DNA of 64,000 nucleotides from an uncultured Reyranella sp. (GTDB lineage Bacteria; Pseudomonadota; Alphaproteobacteria; Reyranellales; Reyranellaceae): NCBI GenBank assembly GCA_964415585.1, contig CAYQAY010000001.1, positions 70,008 to 134,007 of the forward strand, read 5' to 3'. Shown piece by piece: positions 56,497 to 64,000 of this stretch (position 1 is its first letter; each line of letters starts with the position of its first letter). The notes under the pieces were generated by a model. It saw only the letters and a program-made list of their open reading frames with translations, ran no database searches and was not told where the DNA came from. The position numbers and the translations under genes were made by a program.

Positions 56497-57284
56497 GATT
56501 CTGCTCCGTGCGCGGCACGCATCTGGTCGATGGCGATTTTGATCCAGTTTCGGATCTGCCGGTCGCTCACCTTGAATCTTGAGCAAAGGGTGGGCACTCC
56601 CGGCGGTGCGTCCTTGACCGGCCAATCGTAGAATTCGCGGAGGATGAAAGCCTCTCGATGCCGTGGATCAGTGATGGCATGGAGCAACCGCAAGGGTCCT
56701 CCAGCCTTCGCCTCAGTCTTTGCAAGAAGATGCTCCAGCGGATCGAGGCCACCGTCGGCCAAGCGCTCGACGGTGGACGTGTGGAAGCCCTCCTCGTCTC
56801 TATCGGCAGACTGAAAGGCATTCGCCTTCGGGCGATCCTTGCCCTTCGCCCGCAGGGTGATCTGTTTGATCACGGTTGCGGCGTCCACTTCGAGGTACTC
56901 CGAGGTTCGCGTCGGAATGGGCTGCATTAGAAGGTCACCGAGGCGATTGCTTACCTCGATCTGGATCTCCTCGCTGTCAGCTGTCCCGTATCCCCGCGAC
57001 CAGCGATCGACGATCGGCTTGACGCGCTCCAGGAAGGCATGAGTCAGACGGCCCAATACCTCCGGATCATTGTCGTGCGACCGAAGTCGTATGAGATGGG
57101 CCAGGGTTTCGAGACGCCACTCGCGGCTAGGCCACTGATTGTGGGGCAGGCACCGGGCCACGGAAATTTCGGCCTCGACGCTCTGGTGCCGGCAGTAGGG
57201 CTCGCCCGCCTTGGTGCGACAGGTGAGCGCCGCCGCTGTAGGCGGCGGCTCATCCTGTGTCGGACCCGACGGGAGCTTGTTCAT
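56493..57284 (-). CDS. Sigma-70 region-4-like / ECF-sigma-like DNA-binding protein (tentative)
   Basis: C-terminal REAFILREFYDWPV...LCSRFKVSDRQIRNWIKIAIDQMR resembles sigma region 4. First gene of the array, preceded by a 250-bp intergenic region. Confidence 0.45.
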   Translation of the reverse strand: MNKLPSGPTQDEPPPTAAALTCRTKAGEPYCRHQSVEAEISVARCLPHNQWPSREWRLETLAHLIRLRSHDNDPEVLGRLTHAFLERVKPIVDRWSRGYGTADSEEIQIEVSNRLGDLLMQPIPTRTSEYLEVDAATVIKQITLRAKGKDRPKANAFQSADRDEEGFHTSTVERLADGGLDPLEHLLAKTEAKAGGPLRLLHAITDPRHREAFILREFYDWPVKDAPPGVPTLCSRFKVSDRQIRNWIKIAIDQMRAAHGAES

Positions 57285-57536
57285 GCGGGGCTCAAGACGA
57301 CCTTCGGGCCCACCGGAAATCGGCCGAGAGAATTTTTTTTGCCGCCCTACGGCTAATATCAGTCATCGCCCGCCGTCCAAGAGAGTTCAAGTGCTTAGCT
57401 GGCGGGGGATAGTCATCGTTCCGCACGCAAAGTCCAAAGTGGCACTTCGCCGCTAGGTTGAGTCCTATTTCGCCACCACAGCCAATGACGAGTCAAGAGA
57501 AGGAATTGAATCGCCACCAGAGCGCCCACCACCTCC

Positions 57537-59789
57537 CTATAGTTCGGGCTCAGCTTGGCCGAGCAGCCGTTGCGCTAAGGGAGGCACTGCCTCGGGTCGC
57601 ATCCGGTCCGAAGCGAAGCCCACCGCCAGCAGCTCACGAGGCAGGTAAGGGTCGTACTTCTCGTGAATGAGGTTTCCGACGGTCAACGCCAGATAGACAG
57701 CATCGGGCGCCGGCGCCTGCTCGAAGCTGCGCAGTGCCGCGACGACCTTATCTGCCGGCGTGCGGTCAGCTTCTAGCACCACCCCGCGCGTTGAGATGAC
57801 GAGCCCGCTGCCTTTGAGGGCCAGCGCCAAGGTACCGAGCGCCACCGAGCCGGCCCACGGAAAGAGAAAGGTATCGCCGTCGATCTCGACGATGTTTGAC
57901 CGGCGCAGGCCAAGTCGATCAAATTCACCTCTGGCCTCGCCAAGGAGGCGTGCGGCAGTTTCGTCGAGAAAAGACGGCACGTCAGTGCTGAGGTAGACCT
58001 CTCGCATCTCCGCCGCGACGACGTCATGCATGTCGCCGCCCTCTCCCCCGAACATGGGCGGCACACCCAACCGAGAGGGGCTTACCACCACGACCTTCTC
58101 GCGATCCCTGACCTCAATCACCTGCCAGCGCCGCCCTGAGAAGATGATGGTCATATCGGGGACTAAGACCGTGAGTATGGGCAGTGTCCCCAGTTCCCTT
58201 TCTTCGCAAACGACACGAAACTCGTCGGGGCTCTGAAACACGGCATAAAAGTCGTAGTGATCGACAATGCGCTCCCCGACTTCGCCCAACAGCAGGGTGC
58301 CGTCGGGGGCTTGTTCGATGAGTCGATTCTGCTCGTCGCCGAGCGCGCGCAAGATGCCCGCAAACACGTCGGGTGAAACTGCCGCAAAGGCCCCACGTTT
58401 GGCCAAAAGCTCATAGGCCCGGGCGGCGGTGATCCCGCCATATTGCGCGATTACGGCCAAAACTTGCTGCGCCAGGGTCGATAAGTGAAGGGCATCAACA
58501 CGTGGCGGCTCGCACCACCGCCTTGCTAGCAGTTGCACCATGGCGATGGTCTGAACAAGCTGACAGCGCAGCCTGTCAGCCGGATGAAGGTCATCTGAAA
58601 GCTGTCGCTCGGGCACATAGAGCCTGATCACCGCCGGCTTATCGCCGCGCCGCCCCGACCGCCCAAGGCGCTGGCGAAGCGATGCGACAGTCCAGGGTGC
58701 CCCGATCTGGGCCACGTTCTCGACGGCGCCGATGTCGATGCCGAGTTCGAGCGTCGAAGTACATACCGCGCTGGTCGGCAGCTTGCCCTCTTTCAGCCGC
58801 TCCTCAACGAACTCCCGATGTGTGCGACTAAGATTGGCATGATGGGCAAAGAATTCCTCCGGCACGCCCAACTTTTCTGACGCTTGGCGCAGCAAGTCGG
58901 CATAGGCTTCGACGTTGGCCCGCGACCCGGCGAACACCAGCCCGTTTTTGCCCCTGAGGGTTTCGAAGACGTGGCCCGCGATCTGCCGCATGTAGAACAG
59001 GTCATCTTCTTCATCAGCGTTGGCGTCATTATCAGATCCCGGAGCCTCATTCTTCTTTTCATAGCCACGCACTTGCAAATGCACGGTCGCTCCACCGGAC
59101 GCGCTCTCCAAGATCACGACATCCTCGCCCCCGCCCGGTCGCAAGAACTCGGCCGCCAGGCCCATGTCGCCCAGTGTGGCCGACAGCCCCACCCGACGCA
59201 CCAGCCGGCCGGTCGCGGCTTCAAGCCGGTGAAGCAACGACTGCAGCTGCTTGCCCCGTTCTTGGCCGATAAAGGCATGCAGTTCGTCGATGACAACGAA
59301 CTCAAGAGTTGAGAAGAGCGCCGCAACCTCGGCGCCACGGCGAACGAACAAGGCCTCCAGAGACTCGGGTGTGATGAGCACTATCCCATCGGGCTGCTTG
59401 CGCGCCCGCGCCTTGCTCGATGCCGAGACGTCGCCATGCCACCGATAGACCGGCAGTTCAGCCAATTCGCAGAGCTCATCGAGACGCCTGAACTGGTCGT
59501 TGATCAGTGCCTTCAACGGGCTGATGTAAATCGCCTTGAATCCATGCCCAGGCGCATCGGCAACACGAGAGATGATGGGCAGAAAAGCCGCCTCGGTCTT
59601 ACCGCCCGCTGTCGCGGCTGCGATAATAATGTCGGCCTCGGTATCCAGAATCGCCGGTATGGCCTGTTCCTGAATGTCGCGCAGCTCGCGCCAGTCCTTT
59701 TGCCAGATCCACCGCCTGACCGGCTCGCTGAGGCGGTCGAAGGCGGTAGACGACTGGTCAGAGCTTGAAGGCGGTGAGCTGGTCGCCAC
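57537..59789 (-). CDS. Lhr-like DEAD/DEAH-box SF2 helicase (BrxHI-like)
   Basis: Walker A AATAGGKTEAAFLP, DExH VVIDELHAF and motif VI QRLGRSGRR, with a long C-terminal Lhr-type extension. Confidence 0.85.
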   Translation of the reverse strand: MATSSPPSSSDQSSTAFDRLSEPVRRWIWQKDWRELRDIQEQAIPAILDTEADIIIAAATAGGKTEAAFLPIISRVADAPGHGFKAIYISPLKALINDQFRRLDELCELAELPVYRWHGDVSASSKARARKQPDGIVLITPESLEALFVRRGAEVAALFSTLEFVVIDELHAFIGQERGKQLQSLLHRLEAATGRLVRRVGLSATLGDMGLAAEFLRPGGGEDVVILESASGGATVHLQVRGYEKKNEAPGSDNDANADEEDDLFYMRQIAGHVFETLRGKNGLVFAGSRANVEAYADLLRQASEKLGVPEEFFAHHANLSRTHREFVEERLKEGKLPTSAVCTSTLELGIDIGAVENVAQIGAPWTVASLRQRLGRSGRRGDKPAVIRLYVPERQLSDDLHPADRLRCQLVQTIAMVQLLARRWCEPPRVDALHLSTLAQQVLAVIAQYGGITAARAYELLAKRGAFAAVSPDVFAGILRALGDEQNRLIEQAPDGTLLLGEVGERIVDHYDFYAVFQSPDEFRVVCEERELGTLPILTVLVPDMTIIFSGRRWQVIEVRDREKVVVVSPSRLGVPPMFGGEGGDMHDVVAAEMREVYLSTDVPSFLDETAARLLGEARGEFDRLGLRRSNIVEIDGDTFLFPWAGSVALGTLALALKGSGLVISTRGVVLEADRTPADKVVAALRSFEQAPAPDAVYLALTVGNLIHEKYDPYLPRELLAVGFASDRMRPEAVPPLAQRLLGQAEPEL

Positions 59790-61092
59790 TGGTTGCCCCC
59801 TGCCCAGCCGCGGACGCTACGGTCGCCGCCAGCTCGGCCTCGTCAGGCGTTGCCGTCGTGATCTCAACGCCGTCTAGCAATGTCTGCCACTGCGTGCCGG
59901 GGTTCTGCTCAAGCACCGACAGCAGATTGACGAACGCCGTCACCGTGTTGCGAGGTGTGCGAAAGTACGCATCGCCGATCTTCAGCGAGCAGTGCGTCAT
60001 GAATGCTTTCAGGGCATCGTCGGGAAGCAGATACCGCGTCGGGTCACCGCCGGCAAAAACATTGCGAACATTGGTCAGCAATATGTAGAGATCTTCAGGG
60101 GTCAGATTCTGCAGGCGCAATACCGGCCCTGACAGGTCAACCAGCCCGCCTTGGGCGAAGCGGTTCTCGGCGAGGCGCGATTGCAGGGCCGAATAGCTAT
60201 AAAGGCCTCGCCTGGTATCCATGAGAAATTCGGGCGTGCCGCCCATGAGAAAGCCAATGCCCGAAGCACCGCCTTGGAGCACATCGTTCAGTATTCGAAG
60301 AATCTGCTCGTAGTTCGAGTTTCGCGCCTGGGCATTGGTCAGCTTATAGAGGTTGACCATCTCGTCGAGCAGCACGACCAGACCGCCATAGCCAGCCAGA
60401 CGCACAAAGGCACCATAGAGCTTCAGGTAGTCATAGAATCGATCGTCATCGATGATCTCTCTGACGCCCAGGGCCGTCCGTGCCTCAGTGCGCGTGCCGT
60501 ACTCGGCCCTCAGCCAACGCAATGCCGCCGTCTTGCCCGCTTCGTCGCCCTCGTCGTACGCCTTGGTATAACGAGCCAAAACAGTGGCAAAGTCGAAGCC
60601 AGAGACAAGATCGCGCAGCGGCGCAAGCTTTTGCTGAATGGCCTCCTCGATATCCGTGCCACCCTTCTTGGCCTCTTGAAGGGTATCGCCAACGAATCTT
60701 TCGACAATGCTGGTCAGCGCGCCGCCTTCTGGCTTGGTCCTGGTCGAAACGTTTCGCGCGAGTTCGTTGAACAGAGAGCGCGCCTGGCCATCCGTGGCAT
60801 GCAGCCGTCGCGATGGCGCCAGATCGGCATTCATCACGACCAGTTTTCGTTCAAGCGCGATCAGCCGGATCAGGTTCAAGAAGAACGTCTTGCCGGCACC
60901 ATAGTCACCAATGATAAACCTTATCGTTGCACCATCGGTTGCAATCCTGTCGACATCCTTGATGAGCTCTTCGACTTCTCGGGCACGTCCGACTTGAATG
61001 TGACGCAAGCCGAGCTTGGGCACGACACCGGCGCGCAAGGCTTGCACGATGACATCGCGTTCACGGGGCTTTATCGGGCTGGGCTTAGACAT
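59758..61092 (-). CDS. DUF2791-type (BrxD-like) P-loop ATPase
   Basis: Walker A IIGDYGAGKTFFLNL and Walker B VVLLDEM. 444 aa. Overlaps both neighbours (8 nt and 32 nt). Confidence 0.8.
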   Translation of the reverse strand: MSKPSPIKPRERDVIVQALRAGVVPKLGLRHIQVGRAREVEELIKDVDRIATDGATIRFIIGDYGAGKTFFLNLIRLIALERKLVVMNADLAPSRRLHATDGQARSLFNELARNVSTRTKPEGGALTSIVERFVGDTLQEAKKGGTDIEEAIQQKLAPLRDLVSGFDFATVLARYTKAYDEGDEAGKTAALRWLRAEYGTRTEARTALGVREIIDDDRFYDYLKLYGAFVRLAGYGGLVVLLDEMVNLYKLTNAQARNSNYEQILRILNDVLQGGASGIGFLMGGTPEFLMDTRRGLYSYSALQSRLAENRFAQGGLVDLSGPVLRLQNLTPEDLYILLTNVRNVFAGGDPTRYLLPDDALKAFMTHCSLKIGDAYFRTPRNTVTAFVNLLSVLEQNPGTQWQTLLDGVEITTATPDEAELAATVASAAGQGATSGDQLTAFKL

Positions 61093-63847
61093 GTTCTACC
61101 GTCTCAGGCTGGCCAATCACATGACGTTGAATGGTAGCGGGGTCGCCATCCTCTACCAGGGCGTCGCCATGGCGGTCGAAAGCCCACTCATTTATGGCCT
61201 CTAGGGCACCGTCCGTCATCAGCTCATGCGCACGCGCGAGCATGTCGAGCTCTGGCCTGGGCCATTCGGGGCGCGTCAATAGCTCGGTAAGAAAGCCCTT
61301 GTAGCGAGCATCGAGGCCAGCGAAACCCGTAGTCTGCACACCATCGACGGCGATTGCTGCGGGTTCTTCGATAACCATTGCCGTCGCGGACCTCTCGGCC
61401 GCTGCTTCGGCTTCCTCCTCGGTAAAGACCTTAGAGAGCATTTCGTTGACGCGCCGTGTGCTCTCTCCGATTTGTTTCAGGCGGTCGACGTCAAGATGGA
61501 TCTCGCCTGGTTTGGTCTGCGCGTCGGGGCTCTTGGGGATCGCAAAGCCAGGTGCGGTCGCAGGAGCAATCTGCATAGCCGCCAGTCCAGTTGGGACAGT
61601 CATGGCCGAATGCAGATCCGAAAGCACACCGTCTTCATTCAGGCCCAGCATCTTGTAGATACGCTGCAGTGCCTTGATCTCCGCGGGATGAACCGAGACG
61701 TCCGCCGACGCCACAGACAACGCGACCAACCCAAGCTGATGGCGGTCTTCAGCAGAGAAGGCGCTCAATCGCGAGCGTAAGGCGGCAGGCTCTGCCGGCA
61801 CTGCCTGCAACCACCTAAGATGCGCTCCGAGATCGAGACGTCCTCGATCGCTCAGCCCTGGCGCGGTCTGAACCATGTCGACAAGGCGCTTACTCTCTTC
61901 TGGGGAGAGAGCCGAATCGGCGTGGGCGACGAAGGCCGCAAAGGTCAGCGCCAAACTGGCGAGTCTGAATGGCGCAATCTCGCTATCGGGTATCTCTTCG
62001 CTGCCACACCGATATAGTACGAAAGGTTGACCGATCTTCGGCAGCTGAAGCGAAACCCTTGGGTTCGGCATCAACGCGACGTGAAAACTCTGAAGTGCGT
62101 CCGCAGATGACCGAACTGCTGCCTTGCCGTAGTTCGCGTCGATCGCAAGGCGCGTCATCAACTCGCCGCTTTCGACCAACGCAGGGCCATTTGCGAGCAG
62201 CGTATCCAACCACTCCCGAAGCTTCTTTACCTCACCGCCGTCTGCTTTCTGCACCAGCTCAGCCGGCAGCATTGACAACGCCTGCAGACTGCCGCGGCCG
62301 TTCGGCCGACGGCCCAGGAAGCGGCTATAGGCCTCGAGCTCTTCGGCACACCCATCGAGAATCTCACGCATTTTGTTGGTCGGCCCCGTCAAACTCGCGA
62401 CGTCTGGCAAGTCGCCGAGTTGAGGCTGAAGGTCAACATGGAAGCTCCCCGATGCTGCCCGATAGCTCCATCTAAGACGAGCCTTCGGCGTGTTAAGCTT
62501 GAATCCGTCGGGGTACTTCTTCCCAAAGCGCAGACGAAAAAGCTCTGCTACTTCTTTCTCTGCCCGAGTGTGCACTGTTCGAAGATTGGTCTGCGGGTCG
62601 TTCAAGACCCATGCGTACATCCAGTTCCACGGGATCGGCTTGCCATCTGCCAGAAGTTGACCGACCGCAAGCCTGATAGAAAATGGCAACTCGTAGTCAT
62701 GACGGCCGACAGGCGCATCGTCTTCGTAAGACCGTCGCGAAGGCCGTAGCAGCCTGGCGGAATCGAGGAGCAACCCTGCATAACGGCTAACAGAGTAGTT
62801 CTTTTGATAGACGCGACGCAGCCGCTCAACTTCCGCAACAAGCAAACCGTGTTCATCGGCGACCTGATCGAGCAGTAGGCGCCGCTCCAACCCATAGAAG
62901 TACAAGAATACATGGCCGATGTTCGCCTCAGGGCTGCTTCGTCCTGACGCCAGCCATTGCAAGTATCCACCACGGGCATGAGGCTCTAGCGCGCTGTAGG
63001 ATGGGTAGTAGGGAACACTGGGTGCCAGCCCTCTTGGATCGCTGACCGAGAGGGTGGGGTTGATGAGACAATTGTCGACCCCGCCCCCGTCTTGGCGATC
63101 AAGTTCCTTGCCAACATAAAGCAGGCCGCCTTGAAGTTCATAGCCAGCAATCGTTAGCGACCTACCGGCTCTAACCCAGCAACGCTCGCTTTGCTCTTTC
63201 AGAGTACTTGCTGCGGGACTAGAAAAGGTGGGTGGTGGTCGACGTGGCGACACGGGGTCGCTTGTGACAACAATTCTGAAGCCGCCACTCGGCGCGTTGG
63301 CATGGCTCTGCGGCTGGCTGACAGTTTGCTGCGGCGCCTTGTTGCGCCGACGCCAAAGCACCACGCCAGCGACGAGGAGCGCCAGCAGGAAAATCCACGC
63401 ACTCCCATTGCTACCGTTGTCTCGGGCTGGCGGCGGCGTAGCCGGGGCTCGCTGCGTGGTACCGGCTGGGGTTTGCGGGCTCGGCGCTGATGGGTACTGA
63501 TAGGGGGGAGCTGGCTGAGCCTGAGGTCGGACAGCAGGCGTTTCGAGGCGAGGAGCTGGCGATACTTCAGTGACGGTTAGCGCCCGCAAAGTGGGTGCGT
63601 CAGCGATTCCCGTTACTACCAATCCGCTCTTCCGCTGAAATTCTTCGAGTGCCGCCTTGGTGCGAGGCCCCATGATGCCGTCAATTGAACCGACATCGTA
63701 GCCTTTCACCTGCAAGGCACGTTGTACCGCCCGGAGCTCCTCCTGCGAATCTTGCGCCTTGGCGGCCGTCAATGCAGCGGAGATCAGCGCCACATGAAGC
63801 AGCGCCATGGCGCCCCACAACAAGGGCCGCCACCTCAATCTGTGCAT
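61085..63847 (-). CDS. TerB-N / TerB / TerB-C multidomain protein with N-terminal signal-TM, peptidoglycan-binding domain and second TM
   Basis: PG_binding_1-like LQVKGYDVGSIDGIMGPRTKAALEEFQRKSGLVVTG. Pro-rich linker. TM segment WIFLLALLVAGVVLW. TerB-N block GGYLQWLASGR...FLYFYGLERR. TerB repeats (ADSALSPEESKRL / ADVSVHPAEIKALQRIYKMLGL). The start is uncertain: 63847 or 63889. Confidence 0.8.
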   Translation of the reverse strand: MHRLRWRPLLWGAMALLHVALISAALTAAKAQDSQEELRAVQRALQVKGYDVGSIDGIMGPRTKAALEEFQRKSGLVVTGIADAPTLRALTVTEVSPAPRLETPAVRPQAQPAPPYQYPSAPSPQTPAGTTQRAPATPPPARDNGSNGSAWIFLLALLVAGVVLWRRRNKAPQQTVSQPQSHANAPSGGFRIVVTSDPVSPRRPPPTFSSPAASTLKEQSERCWVRAGRSLTIAGYELQGGLLYVGKELDRQDGGGVDNCLINPTLSVSDPRGLAPSVPYYPSYSALEPHARGGYLQWLASGRSSPEANIGHVFLYFYGLERRLLLDQVADEHGLLVAEVERLRRVYQKNYSVSRYAGLLLDSARLLRPSRRSYEDDAPVGRHDYELPFSIRLAVGQLLADGKPIPWNWMYAWVLNDPQTNLRTVHTRAEKEVAELFRLRFGKKYPDGFKLNTPKARLRWSYRAASGSFHVDLQPQLGDLPDVASLTGPTNKMREILDGCAEELEAYSRFLGRRPNGRGSLQALSMLPAELVQKADGGEVKKLREWLDTLLANGPALVESGELMTRLAIDANYGKAAVRSSADALQSFHVALMPNPRVSLQLPKIGQPFVLYRCGSEEIPDSEIAPFRLASLALTFAAFVAHADSALSPEESKRLVDMVQTAPGLSDRGRLDLGAHLRWLQAVPAEPAALRSRLSAFSAEDRHQLGLVALSVASADVSVHPAEIKALQRIYKMLGLNEDGVLSDLHSAMTVPTGLAAMQIAPATAPGFAIPKSPDAQTKPGEIHLDVDRLKQIGESTRRVNEMLSKVFTEEEAEAAAERSATAMVIEEPAAIAVDGVQTTGFAGLDARYKGFLTELLTRPEWPRPELDMLARAHELMTDGALEAINEWAFDRHGDALVEDGDPATIQRHVIGQPETVEHV

Positions 63848-64000
63848 TAGCCAGAAAGCTGTCCCCCCAGTCACGCCCGCCCCCGGCACCTCTCGGTTGC
63901 AGGCATGCTACATCAATCGCATCGGACCATCTATTCGCGTGGGCGCCTTCGGGAGTGGCCGCGGATGCAGCACCAGAAGCGCGGAGCTGAAAGTTCTTCG

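Noticed and set aside
61085..63889. Interpreting the TerB-domain protein as a tellurite-resistance determinant.
   Set aside because: No terZ/A/C/D/E-type genes are present. The neighbours are an ATPase and a helicase, so the TerB name reflects domain ancestry only.
1..64000. Search for CRISPR arrays, tRNA/rRNA genes, IS elements/transposases, and integrase/att sites.
   Set aside because: I saw no regularly spaced repeat-spacer array, no cloverleaf-like or rRNA-like segment, and no DDE transposase or tyrosine/serine recombinase ORF. The element ends therefore cannot be defined from this window.

Overview
High-GC DNA, apparently alphaproteobacterial and Rhizobiales-like (an inference from gene content and composition). 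I found no rRNA, tRNA, CRISPR array, IS element or integrase. The window has three blocks.

(1) 1-5.3 kb holds a small catabolic cluster (SDR, Baeyer-Villiger monooxygenase, family-IV esterase, thiolase-like/DUF35 pair). It ends in a decayed quinone-oxidoreductase pseudogene.

(2) About 5.3-39.4 kb is the backbone of a conjugative element of the Tn4371 / ICEMlSym type:
- a LuxR/LuxI quorum-sensing pair with a lux-box;
- trbBCDEJLFGI plus DUF2274;
- traG, relaxase, lytic transglycosylase, TraF peptidase, DUF2840, RepA and an excisionase-like HTH;
- an FseA-like activator that is only readable through a +1 frameshift;
- a QseC/QseM-like switch;
- DUF736, RadC, DUF2493, a toprim protein, a giant methyltransferase-helicase and a ParB-like protein.

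(3) 39.8-63.9 kb is a defence-type cargo island, entirely on the minus strand.
- It contains a TerB-N/TerB-C + DUF2791 ATPase + Lhr-like helicase triad.
- It then has an 11-gene, mostly overlapping array: sigma-like protein, XRE-like HTH, an ImmA-peptidase/UvrD/Cas4-like-nuclease fusion, a Bil-type ubiquitin-like module (tandem Ubl, E2, JAB, E1), an AddB/AddA-like helicase-nuclease pair and an SbcD/SbcC-like pair.
- This physical coupling of a ubiquitin-like conjugation system to three DNA-end-processing machines is the most interesting candidate for an undescribed composite system.

Limits:
- All family assignments come from motif and sequence recognition by eye, with no searches run.
- CDS coordinates derive from the supplied ORF track plus residue counting.
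- Coordinates of non-coding features were hand-indexed and may be off by 1-3 nt. At two places near 55.85 and 56.46 kb my hand indexing disagreed with the ORF track by 1 nt, and I followed the ORF track.
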